A stretch of DNA of 64,000 nucleotides from a virus. The notes below the pieces were generated by a model. The model was not told the DNA's origin, did no database searches, and saw only the letters and a program-made list of their open reading frames with translations. Both the position numbers and the translations under genes were made by a program. Positions 18,256 through 26,979 of this stretch are shown here, piece after piece (position 1 is the stretch's first letter; every line of letters starts with the position of its first letter). The stretch is from IMG/VR virus record IMGVR_UViG_3300025131_009739, positions 32,001-96,000 of that record, one strand, 5' to 3'.

Positions 18256-18807
18256 TCATTGCTCTTTTTTTCTGGTGACGTTTTTTGGCTTTGGTCCGTT
18301 GCCAAGAGAGATCCACTTTTTAACTGCGTCGTCAAGCCTGTCTTTGTCGCTTTCGGCGCATAGCGGTTCGACTCCCTTAAGCCCGCCAATTTTATAAAAT
18401 TGTTTTGCCTGAACCCAAGTTCTAATGTTGCTCATGTGTTGAACCAAAATATTTGATTCGCCTTCTTTTGTAAGAGATAAGGAGTTATTTGTTATTGATT
18501 TATACTCTTTTTGCAAATACTTTTTAATATTGTTGAGCATGGTATTAATTTCACCTTCAAATTTGTTCCTGTTGTGAACTTCTTTTAATTTGGTTTCTCC
18601 ATGATATTCAATACAAAGCGAATCGCCATAATATTTAACATTGAAGCCGTCCATAACTCTTGAATCAAGGATAGGGTTTCCTTCTTCTCTTTTAAGCCCT
18701 ACTTTTCTAACCTTGCCATCATGAGAATATTCTTCAATGTGAGAACCGTCATAAGCATTTGCTGCGGCTTGCGAAATACCTTGAATTATGTCTAAAACAG
18801 TGGCCAT
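18256..18807 (-). CDS. Hypothetical protein
   Basis: 183-aa ORF coupled to the upstream ORF (TAATG), SD AGGAG. Confidence 0.7.
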   Translation of the reverse strand: MATVLDIIQGISQAAANAYDGSHIEEYSHDGKVRKVGLKREEGNPILDSRVMDGFNVKYYGDSLCIEYHGETKLKEVHNRNKFEGEINTMLNNIKKYLQKEYKSITNNSLSLTKEGESNILVQHMSNIRTWVQAKQFYKIGGLKGVEPLCAESDKDRLDDAVKKWISLGNGPKPKNVTRKKEQ

Positions 18808-19201
18808 TATTTATCTCCTATATTTGGTCTCCAGCCAGATTCCCAACGTTCTTCTCTTTCATCAACATACTGAAGAAAACATTTAAAACAACAATCATAT
18901 TTATTCATGTATATGTCATCCTTAATGTTGAAAGAGTAAATATCACAAACCGGACAGGTTCTATTACTTCTCTTTGTAATTAGTTTCTTGCTAATCAAAA
19001 ACCCGTCTTTTTCTATCTTTTCAGTCTTGTCTTTGCTCTTGCGTTGTTTTTTTGCAAATTCTTCAGCTTGTTCAATATATTTCTTTTCTTTTTCATCGTT
19101 CCAATTGCTTCGTGGATGACTTACTGCTTCCTTGCCATATTTTTTTTCAATGGCTTGTTCAACTTTTGCTACGTAGTTGGGATCTTTGTTTTTTTTTTCA
19201 T
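18807..19201 (-). CDS. Hypothetical CxxC...CxxC (zinc-finger-like) protein, frameshifted at an A10 run after its ATG
   Basis: The frame of the 18807..18998 ORF is open up to the A run (NKDPNYVAKVEQAIEKKYG...), but the ATG at 19201 is in another frame and stops after 10 codons. Confidence 0.6.
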
Positions 19202-19219
19202 TATTATAACAAAGCTTTA

Positions 19220-19426
19220 TTAGCTTTTGTCTTCAGTTTCTTCAGTTTCCTGAACAGGTTCATCCTGTGAGGGGGATCTATCAGAAAATAGTTTAACCGC
19301 CTGGGAAAGAAGCGCAGCTTCTTCTAAGTTATAAGCACCTCTTTTTTGAGCTAGTTCAACACCTTGTACTAGCATACTAAGAGCTTGATTAGCAGTTTCT
19401 ATTTGTTGTTCCTGTTTGTCTGTCAT
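19220..19426 (-). CDS. Small hypothetical protein (possible fibre-associated chaperone)
   Basis: 68 aa, helical (VELAQKRGAYNLEEA), SD AGGAG, directly downstream of fibre genes. Confidence 0.55.
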   Translation of the reverse strand: MTDKQEQQIETANQALSMLVQGVELAQKRGAYNLEEAALLSQAVKLFSDRSPSQDEPVQETEETEDKS

Positions 19427-19461
19427 GTTATAAATCTCCTATTATTACAAGCACACTCATA

Positions 19462-19489
19462 ATTATAACAAATTATGGGCGTTTGTTAA
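19462..19489 (-). promoter_or_regulatory. Possible sigma70-type promoter (TTAACA-N16-TATAAT with extended -10 TG)
   Basis: Minus strand ttaaca aacgcccataatttgt tataat in the intergenic gap before 19426. Confidence 0.4.
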
Positions 19490-19492
19490 GCA

Positions 19493-22177
19493 TTAAAAGC
19501 TAGCGCCATAAAGCTTGATAACAAATTTACCAGCGTTATAAGTGCCACCAGAATTTGCACCAGTGCCATTAGCAAGATATACGTAATGCGAATTCGCAGA
19601 AAGAGCAGAACAGTCTAGTCCAGCTGCGCTCGAGCGCGTCATACCTACAGTCCAAGCTGCAGTGGCGGGAATGAGTGCAACTTCAGTTGTGCCGCTGTCG
19701 TATAAAGCATCTTCTGCCAAGGAGTTAGAGCTTGTAACCAAATCAATATCAACTGCGGCATTGTCATCTGCGCTGTCGGGCACTTCAATACAAGACATTT
19801 CTGCTTTGTAAATAACACCATTGACGGCCGTGGTAATTCTTGTTAAATAAGCTGCAGCTACATCATTTTCTCCAATAACATCTTTAAGGGTGCCTGAATC
19901 AACAATGCTCCCAGCGCCAATGTCAACTAATATAGTTGTTACAATTTCGCCATTAACTCTGGCTACGTGTAAAGTTGGCGAAACAGCGTCAAAGCCGCCG
20001 CCAGTAGCAGTTGCAGTTGCTGTATTCATCTTAATTTCAGGATAATCTGGTCCATTTTGCGTGTCTCTGCCGCCAAGAGTTAAAATAGATAGCATCGAAG
20101 GATCATTCGCAACTTGGAATGTGATTTCCCCGCATTCATCGCCGTTCACGATATCGGTTGATTTTACTTGTATCTTTGCATAAGTATCTGAACTTCCGGC
20201 GCCATCTGCACCAGTCCAGGTAATATTGCCCAGAACATCGTCGGCGGCGACTATGCGGTCATATGAACCGCCCCAACCGCGAGTTTTAGCAAAAGTTAAA
20301 TGTGGTCCAGTTGCATCGTTTGCACCGTTGCTGACATAAATTTCTGGCTTCTCTGTTGTTTCACCTGATGATATAACCCAGAAAGTGCTAGCTTTTGTAT
20401 CGAGAACTGGAGAACTATAATCAGTGTTGTACCCCAAAGTGAAGTCTGAGTCGTTCCCGAAGATAATATTTTTTGCGTCTGCAGTTGATATATCACCAGT
20501 AAACGAGGACTTGCCATCATCATCTATTGTAAGTCTTACTGTAGGCGCGCCGGCATCATCAGCGTCTGATGTGGCAAAAACAATTTTACCGGGGGAGGAA
20601 TCAGCATCTGACACGGCATCATTCGCGAATTCGATATAAGAAGACAGGGTGGCGCCGTCGTCGTCATCGACTCCATAAGCTTCAATACGGCCTAATATTT
20701 CACCAGCAGTAGTGTGATCGCCGCCTGTAAAAGTATTGATTGCGCCAGTACCAGCTTTTTGAAACTTGAGGACGCCGGCATGAGCTGCTGTGGCAGTAGC
20801 AGACCATGCGCTTAATTCAAGAGAAGGTTGTCCAGAGACTTTACTAATTTCAAGCGTAGAGCCCGGGGCTGGATTTCCAATACCAATACTACCATCGCTA
20901 CCTTGAAGGAAAAAAGCATGTGTATTGATATTAGACTCAACGCGAAAGTTACAGTCAATGCTCGAGTCGTTAACAGTAACTTCACAAGCTGAAGAATTTG
21001 CAACGTCTTCGCCACCAATGCTAAGAAGGTTCATAAGCTGCGCCGCTCCGGCAGTTCCGGCAGCCATGACATGAAATTTAAGTTGACCACCTTCGTCGTT
21101 GTCGGTCACATCACTAGAAGTTGCTATTATTTGAGCAAAGACTGCTTCCGCGTTGTTGCTTTTGTCGCCGGAGAACTTAATTGTCCCGAGAATGTCATCA
21201 TCGTCTTCTCCAGCGCCGTTATCTAGTATGAAGTGAAGAGTTGGCCCATGGGCCAAATCACCCACAGTTTTAAGAGTTAACACTGGTTCGGCGTGCGCGT
21301 CGGTTTCCTGAGTCAAGGTAAGGCCTGAATCATGGTCATGAGTCAAAATAATGTCGCTGTCGGCTCCAAACTTAATCGAGGCGCCATCAGTAGTAAGAGA
21401 CAAATCTCCAGCGCTGGAAAGAGCCATTTTTTCTGCTGCAGTTTCTGATGCAGCTGTTTTGAAACTTAGCTTAGCGGCGTTGTTGTCGGCAGCATGTGCA
21501 GCCGTCGCGACAGCTTCAATACCAGCACATACCAAAGTTGCGTCTCCGGCGCTGTCGTCGCCACCCTTGAAATCAATTGCTCCAATAACTTCTCCGTCGA
21601 GGATCTCGTCTTCTTCGGACTTAAGAGTTAATTTAATAGGAGTGTTATCTGCTGTGGCGGTATGCGTTAAAATAAGCCCTGTGTTATGTTCATGAGTTAA
21701 AGTTATTTCCTTGCTGGCGCCAAACCAGATTTCGACGGCATCTGCAGCGAGACCAAGATGGCCAGCACTTGTTAGTCGCATTTTTTCAGTTGCAGTCTCA
21801 GACTCTCCAGTCAAGAAGCTCAAATACGTTTCGTTGATTGTTGAAGTAAATTGCCTCTCCGCTACAGCCTCGATTCCTGCCGCCACCAGAATGGAGTCGC
21901 CTTCAGCGGATGCATCTGGCGCCTGGAAGTGTATGGCGCCAAGCTTCTCGCCGGCAGATTGAATGGTGTCGTCGGACTGGAATGTAAGAGTGGGATATCC
22001 GGCGGTTCCGCCATGTTTTTTCAAATTTAAACCATAGTCGTTTACGTGAACAAGTTTAATTTCTTTATCGGCACCAAACTTGATTTCAGATGAATCTGAT
22101 GCGAGAGCAATGTTGTCTTCGATATTGATGTCGGTAGAGGACACGGCGCCGATATTTGTTACATAGAGTGTACTCAT
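19493..22177 (-). CDS. Fibre protein with degenerate internal repeats
   Basis: Repeated blocks IxFGAxxEIxLxH...GExxGxIxF...AGIEAVA...LSFxT..SETAxEKM; distinct C-terminal domain. Confidence 0.7.
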   Translation of the reverse strand: MSTLYVTNIGAVSSTDINIEDNIALASDSSEIKFGADKEIKLVHVNDYGLNLKKHGGTAGYPTLTFQSDDTIQSAGEKLGAIHFQAPDASAEGDSILVAAGIEAVAERQFTSTINETYLSFLTGESETATEKMRLTSAGHLGLAADAVEIWFGASKEITLTHEHNTGLILTHTATADNTPIKLTLKSEEDEILDGEVIGAIDFKGGDDSAGDATLVCAGIEAVATAAHAADNNAAKLSFKTAASETAAEKMALSSAGDLSLTTDGASIKFGADSDIILTHDHDSGLTLTQETDAHAEPVLTLKTVGDLAHGPTLHFILDNGAGEDDDDILGTIKFSGDKSNNAEAVFAQIIATSSDVTDNDEGGQLKFHVMAAGTAGAAQLMNLLSIGGEDVANSSACEVTVNDSSIDCNFRVESNINTHAFFLQGSDGSIGIGNPAPGSTLEISKVSGQPSLELSAWSATATAAHAGVLKFQKAGTGAINTFTGGDHTTAGEILGRIEAYGVDDDDGATLSSYIEFANDAVSDADSSPGKIVFATSDADDAGAPTVRLTIDDDGKSSFTGDISTADAKNIIFGNDSDFTLGYNTDYSSPVLDTKASTFWVISSGETTEKPEIYVSNGANDATGPHLTFAKTRGWGGSYDRIVAADDVLGNITWTGADGAGSSDTYAKIQVKSTDIVNGDECGEITFQVANDPSMLSILTLGGRDTQNGPDYPEIKMNTATATATGGGFDAVSPTLHVARVNGEIVTTILVDIGAGSIVDSGTLKDVIGENDVAAAYLTRITTAVNGVIYKAEMSCIEVPDSADDNAAVDIDLVTSSNSLAEDALYDSGTTEVALIPATAAWTVGMTRSSAAGLDCSALSANSHYVYLANGTGANSGGTYNAGKFVIKLYGASF

Positions 22178-22190
22178 ATTTATCCTTCCT

Positions 22191-22238
22191 TAAATAGTAT
22201 TATATATAAATAGTATTATATATAAATAGTATTATATA
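22191..22238. repeat. Three exact tandem copies of the 16-bp unit TAAATAGTATTATATA
   Basis: Units at 22191, 22207 and 22223; each contains ACTATTTA on the minus strand. Confidence 0.92.
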
Positions 22239-22247
22239 TAAGTATCT

Positions 22248-25200
22248 TCACTGCCATTTATTCTGCCCCGGCGAATAGGGGTTATAACTAAAAGCGTCTA
22301 CAAAATCTATAATCTTTACATTGCAGTCATCGCTAATAGTCACCGTTTTTTCGCTTCCAACTGTAATTGGTCCAATTAAAACAGCATTGTGATTTGCTGG
22401 CAAAACCGCTGTATCTAGGGTTTGGCGATTAGCTATAATAGATCCTGCAACCGTACTCGCCTCCAGGATCCCATTGATATCAATTGTTGTGGCAGTTAGA
22501 TCGATTTCATCAGTTGCTCCAATAGAAAGCACAGTCGCGGAGGAACCATGAATAAATTGTGATGCATCGTTAAACTCAATCTTATTGGTAGAGGCCATTA
22601 ATAGCGAATCAGCAGAGCCATCAATTCTAAAGATCTCTGTTCCGCCGGTGTCTTTGACAATTAGATCATCTGTAGCTGACATATCGAACGTTGCATGCGT
22701 TGTACCGGCCTTCTTTAAGTTGACTAAATCTCCACCAGCATCAATGTGAACATCATCACTAGCATCAAGAATAATGTCGCCGCCACCTACAGCAATTGTC
22801 ATATCAGTCCCATCAGAAGAGATTTTGTCGGCCTGGCCAGTTCCATCGAATGTTAATGGAATGTTAGCAGGGATCTCAACAAATGCTGCAGCTGTCAATT
22901 TGATGTCTGCGCCAGAAGTAATGGTAAGATCCGTATTATCACCTTCAATCTTTTCACCAGTGCCAAAAGTTATACCTACGTCGGCAGGAACGACAACATC
23001 TTCAACTGCTGTCAAATTAATGTTATTACCAGAAATAGTGAGATCGGTTCCGTCGCCTTCAATTTTTTCACCGTCGTTGCCGAAAGTCAGACCGATATCA
23101 GCAGGAATGTTTATGTCTCCGCTAGAGCCAACAGTAATTGTCAGGTCGGTGCCGTCTGACTCAATCTTTTCGGTAGTTGCAAAAGTCAGGCCGACACCGG
23201 AAGGGATGTTAACGTCATCGACCGCCGTTAAATTAATGTTATTACCAGAAATCGTTAGATCAGTTCCATCACCTTCAATCTTCTCGCCGTCGTCTCCGAA
23301 CGTGAGGCCAATATCAGCAGGAATGTTTATGTCTCCGTTCGAGCCAACAGTAATTGTCAGATCAGTACCATCCGACTCAATCTTCTCGGTAGTTGCAAAA
23401 GTCAAGCCAACACCTGAAGGAATGTTAACGTCCTCTACCGCCGTTAAATTAATGTTATTACCAGAAATCGTTAGATCAGTTCCATCACCTTCAATCTTCT
23501 CGCCGTCATTACCGAAGGTCAGACCGATATCGGCAGGAATGTTTATATCACCGCTAGCACCAACACTGATATTAATATCAGTTCCGTCAGACTCAATCTT
23601 CTCGTTTCCTGATCCATCCAGGACAAGTCCAACATTTACTGGGATGATAACATCATTTGTGGCGGTGAGGTTTAAATGCCTGCCTGACCCAATTGTCATA
23701 TCAGTACCATCAGATGAAATATGTTCGCCGCCTTGATCATAGAAATAAAGTTTTCTGTCATCTGCAATTCTTATGACTTCATTGCCATCATATTGTTTGA
23801 ATACAAGATCGTCACCATCAACTTTTAACTGAAAGAAGATCTCAAAGTTGGTGGTATCCATATCAAGCGCAAGCTGGGCTACGCCACCATCCATGAATGT
23901 CACATCACCGGTCCAGGAATCGATATCAATACCATAAAGAGCATCAAGTGTTATTTTATTGCCTGATGCTATTATAAGACCATTAGAGCCATCGCCGACA
24001 ATGTGCTCGCCTGAATCTTCGCCCCACTCAAGCTTGGAGGTGGCGCTATTAATTCTAATATCTCCCCCCGCACTAAGTATCAAATCTGTTCCGGTACCCT
24101 GAATCCATTCGTCCCCATCATCCTTAAATTTTAACTTAAGATCATCAGTAAATCGTACAACCTCAGTACCATCGTATTGCTTAATTACTAAATCTTTACC
24201 ATCAACCCCCTGCTTAATGACTCCCTCTCCAGAATTCTGATGGGAAAAATCTATTTGGCCGGCCGCACCTCCGAATTTTATTGTAACATTGTCACCATCA
24301 GCATCAAGGATGATATCGTACAAGGAGTCTAAAATGATGTTTCCGGCCATGTCGCCTGACCCATGGGCTGTTTGTAGCGTGATGCCCTTCAATCCGTCCA
24401 ATGTCAGATCCCCATTATTAGCATCGATTATGAGATCCCCCGCAGAACATGACCATGTTGCGCTTTCTGCAGAAGTAATAGTAACTGGAGAGCCAGCAAT
24501 AGTAGCCCCTTCGTCGCCGTCATGAGTAATTGTAAAATCGGCGTCGACGCCTAAAGAAATAAGAGAACTATCACTTGAAAGAGTCAGGTCATCACCAACA
24601 TTGATATCGCCATCTGAACTATAAATAACTGCTTTGCTATTCACAACAGTGCCGCCGGAAACGCCATCAAGCAAATTCAGTTCTTCGGGAGTGGAAGAAA
24701 CCGCTGTGGTACTAGCAGCAGCTAAGACAGGTAGACAATATGTACCGGCATCCATGGCTGGTAAATTAATTGTTGCATCAGCTGTGGGGTCAATGATTGC
24801 CAATGTCGTCTCGTGGGCGTTGGCAGTGGCTCCTTCGAAGACAAAAGCGTTTGTCACATCAATCGTCGTTTGGTTTATAGATGTTGTAGTGCCGTTGACA
24901 GTCAAATCGCCTGTTACCGTAAGATTGTCATTAACAGTGGTCTCAGAAGTGGTGTGGCCAATAGAGATTGGCACGTTAACCGTTGCAGTGCCAATAGTGA
25001 TACCGTTAGTAGTATTTGAACAATCAATATTGAAGGTGCTGGTAGAATCTAACGAAATAATACTTCCATCAGCAACCAAATTCGCCGTAATTTCGGTGTC
25101 ATTTGCGGTAGTGAATGTGCCGTCGACAACAAGATTATCACTAATATGAACGTTTCCATCGGTAATATCCAATGCGTTTTGACCATTTGTTCCAACAATT

Positions 25201-25523
25201 GTTAGTTTTTCTTCAGATGCGTCCCATAAAAAACTATCGCCAGATGTGGCACTATAAAAGGTGACGTCATGACCTGAACCATCGGACCCGACAACCATAT
25301 TATCGTTAACAGTAAAGGTCGTACCATCATATGTAAGATTAGCCTCGCCATCGAGTTCAGTTGTGGCGTTGCCTATCGTGACTAGTCTGCTTTCTGTCTT
25401 GTTATTAAGTGCGGAGACGGGCAGGACGGCATATCTATCTAAATAATTCTGTACGGATTTCCATAGTCTTTGTATTGACCAATTTCCAATTGTCCCTTTC
25501 GTGCCATGGCTTTTACTGGCCAT
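22248..25523 (-). CDS. Long fibre protein with 72-aa tandem repeats
   Basis: Repeated EKIEGDGTDLTISGNNINLTAV.DVNIPSGVGLTFATTEKIESDGTDLTITVG; Asp/Gly/Thr-rich beta repeats. Confidence 0.75.
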   Translation of the reverse strand: MASKSHGTKGTIGNWSIQRLWKSVQNYLDRYAVLPVSALNNKTESRLVTIGNATTELDGEANLTYDGTTFTVNDNMVVGSDGSGHDVTFYSATSGDSFLWDASEEKLTIVGTNGQNALDITDGNVHISDNLVVDGTFTTANDTEITANLVADGSIISLDSTSTFNIDCSNTTNGITIGTATVNVPISIGHTTSETTVNDNLTVTGDLTVNGTTTSINQTTIDVTNAFVFEGATANAHETTLAIIDPTADATINLPAMDAGTYCLPVLAAASTTAVSSTPEELNLLDGVSGGTVVNSKAVIYSSDGDINVGDDLTLSSDSSLISLGVDADFTITHDGDEGATIAGSPVTITSAESATWSCSAGDLIIDANNGDLTLDGLKGITLQTAHGSGDMAGNIILDSLYDIILDADGDNVTIKFGGAAGQIDFSHQNSGEGVIKQGVDGKDLVIKQYDGTEVVRFTDDLKLKFKDDGDEWIQGTGTDLILSAGGDIRINSATSKLEWGEDSGEHIVGDGSNGLIIASGNKITLDALYGIDIDSWTGDVTFMDGGVAQLALDMDTTNFEIFFQLKVDGDDLVFKQYDGNEVIRIADDRKLYFYDQGGEHISSDGTDMTIGSGRHLNLTATNDVIIPVNVGLVLDGSGNEKIESDGTDINISVGASGDINIPADIGLTFGNDGEKIEGDGTDLTISGNNINLTAVEDVNIPSGVGLTFATTEKIESDGTDLTITVGSNGDINIPADIGLTFGDDGEKIEGDGTDLTISGNNINLTAVDDVNIPSGVGLTFATTEKIESDGTDLTITVGSSGDINIPADIGLTFGNDGEKIEGDGTDLTISGNNINLTAVEDVVVPADVGITFGTGEKIEGDNTDLTITSGADIKLTAAAFVEIPANIPLTFDGTGQADKISSDGTDMTIAVGGGDIILDASDDVHIDAGGDLVNLKKAGTTHATFDMSATDDLIVKDTGGTEIFRIDGSADSLLMASTNKIEFNDASQFIHGSSATVLSIGATDEIDLTATTIDINGILEASTVAGSIIANRQTLDTAVLPANHNAVLIGPITVGSEKTVTISDDCNVKIIDFVDAFSYNPYSPGQNKWQ
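22900..23620 (-). repeat. 216-bp period tandem repeat (about 3 units) in the fibre gene
   Basis: Equivalent positions at 23041, 23257 and 23473; copies differ mostly at synonymous sites. Confidence 0.85.
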
Positions 25524-25677
25524 TTTCTTCTTCTCTTTTTAACTCTTCTTCCCAAAGTTTGTTAATAACTTCCCAAACATGTTCTTCACCAATTTGTTCT
25601 GTCATCTCATGAAGATTTCTCCAAGCTTCATCCAAAGTTAATTTATTTTTATTATATTCTACACATATCAAACACAT
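25513..25677 (-). CDS. Small hypothetical protein with N-terminal CxxC (MCLICVEY...)
   Basis: ATG at 25677 overlaps the upstream stop (TAATG); 54 aa. Confidence 0.55.
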   Translation of the reverse strand: MCLICVEYNKNKLTLDEAWRNLHEMTEQIGEEHVWEVINKLWEEELKREEENGQ

Positions 25678-26138
25678 TAGTCTCTCTCTCCTATTTCTAC
25701 TGCTGCATAAAAAATCACAACTGATGTCACAATACCCGCTACGACACCTCCAGCAAACCACCAATGAGAATTTTTATTTGGTCTTTCTAAAGCAAATTTT
25801 TGGAGCCTGTTAACTTCTTCATCTTTAATTTTCAATATTGAATCATATTTTTGTTTTAAAAAATCGACTTCAACTTTTACTGTCGAAACCAAAAGATCGC
25901 ACCTGATCTCTTCTTTCTGTTCTATGTGAGCAGTTCTTAACCTGCATTGTGCAGCATTATATTCTTTCTCTGCAATCGATTGCGCAACAGCAGCTGAATT
26001 AAAAAGGACTCCAGGAAAAGGAGCTATTTCACCTTGATTCATTGGTTTAATTTTTGGCGTCTCTTGAGCAAAAACCAACAACGGAAAAGTTATAAGCAAA
26101 ACAGTAGCTAATATTTTATTCAACAATTTCAAAACCAA
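25677..26138 (-). CDS. Secreted/membrane-anchored coiled-coil protein, possible spanin-like lysis protein
   Basis: N-terminal signal-like hydrophobic segment, coiled coil, C-terminal TM (WWFAGGVVAGIVTSVVIFYAA); follows the holin-like and i-spanin-like genes. Confidence 0.45.
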   Translation of the reverse strand: MVLKLLNKILATVLLITFPLLVFAQETPKIKPMNQGEIAPFPGVLFNSAAVAQSIAEKEYNAAQCRLRTAHIEQKEEIRCDLLVSTVKVEVDFLKQKYDSILKIKDEEVNRLQKFALERPNKNSHWWFAGGVVAGIVTSVVIFYAAVEIGERD

Positions 26139-26520
26139 AAGTCTCCTTAACTAAATAGGCTAACTCTTGTGGTTCGTCAGAATGTTTTTCAACAATTTCT
26201 TTAATTCTTTTCTTTTTATTTTTGTCGAGAGTCTCATTCTTCTTTTTTAACTCTGTCTCAACTTTTTCAATTGTTTCATTAAAAACTTTATTTAAGTGCT
26301 CTTTTTCTTTCTTCTCTGCTTTATGAACTTCGTTTATGACATTAATTTGTTTTTTGTAGCTATCACTTCTTATTTCTAAAACTCCAATAGCAGCAGAACC
26401 GTCTTTTTTAAAAACAATCCAAAGAACATAAGTGTATATCAAAACAACTGGAAAGTACCAATAAGTTTTTAGCCAAAGCCAGCTCTTCTTAGCAGAGAGC
26501 TTAAATGTTAGCCAGCTCAT
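26116..26520 (-). CDS. Membrane-anchored coiled-coil protein, possible i-spanin
   Basis: Single N-terminal TM followed by a charged coiled coil; immediately downstream of the holin-like gene. Confidence 0.45.
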   Translation of the reverse strand: MSWLTFKLSAKKSWLWLKTYWYFPVVLIYTYVLWIVFKKDGSAAIGVLEIRSDSYKKQINVINEVHKAEKKEKEHLNKVFNETIEKVETELKKKNETLDKNKKKRIKEIVEKHSDEPQELAYLVKETFGFEIVE

Positions 26521-26720
26521 TCTTCTTTAAATCCATGCTTCCAAGCTGTGGCCATGTCAACCAGCGCTTGAGTACCAATATATGCCAGTGTAACAGCAAC
26601 CCAATTATCACTAGAAACAGAACCATGAACAGCAAGTCCTGTTGCAGTTAACCAAGCCAAAAATTTTCGACTTATAAATCTCTCCACATGTTTGTCCGCA
26701 AAAGCTTTTAAATTAGCCAT
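26517..26720 (-). CDS. Putative holin
   Basis: 67 aa, SRKFL followed by two hydrophobic segments, AYIGTQALVD, charged C-terminus; SD AGGAG. Confidence 0.6.
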   Translation of the reverse strand: MANLKAFADKHVERFISRKFLAWLTATGLAVHGSVSSDNWVAVTLAYIGTQALVDMATAWKHGFKEE

Positions 26721-26756
26721 AATAATTTCTCCTTTTTAATATTATATTATCTAGTT

Positions 26757-26963
26757 TTATTTATCTAAAAACAACTCATATTCCAACAAACTTTCATCTA
26801 GTTTGTCAAGAGCATATTGTTTTTCATTATATGAAGCGAATGCATCTTTGTACGCTTCTAAGACGCGGGCTGCCTCTTCAGCAATCCTTTCTAATTTAGC
26901 ATTTTTCTCCAAAATTTCTTCTAGTGACAGTTCGCTAGTGACAAGTTTTTCAGCTGTTTGCAT
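26757..26963 (-). CDS. Small hypothetical protein
   Basis: Start placed at MQTAEK (26963), preceded by AGGAGG. Confidence 0.6.
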   Translation of the reverse strand: MQTAEKLVTSELSLEEILEKNAKLERIAEEAARVLEAYKDAFASYNEKQYALDKLDESLLEYELFLDK

Positions 26964-26979
26964 TTTGTATGTTCCCTCC

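Noticed and set aside
18256-18807. Terminase small subunit call for the gene directly upstream of TerL
   Set aside because: Position fits, but no gp16-like features were recognisable, so it is left as hypothetical
22191-22238. Possible CRISPR mini-array
   Set aside because: The repeats are directly adjacent with no spacers, only 16 bp long, and no cas genes are visible
22248-25523. Diversity-generating retroelement target in the fibre genes
   Set aside because: No reverse transcriptase in the window; repeat differences are mostly synonymous rather than adenine-specific
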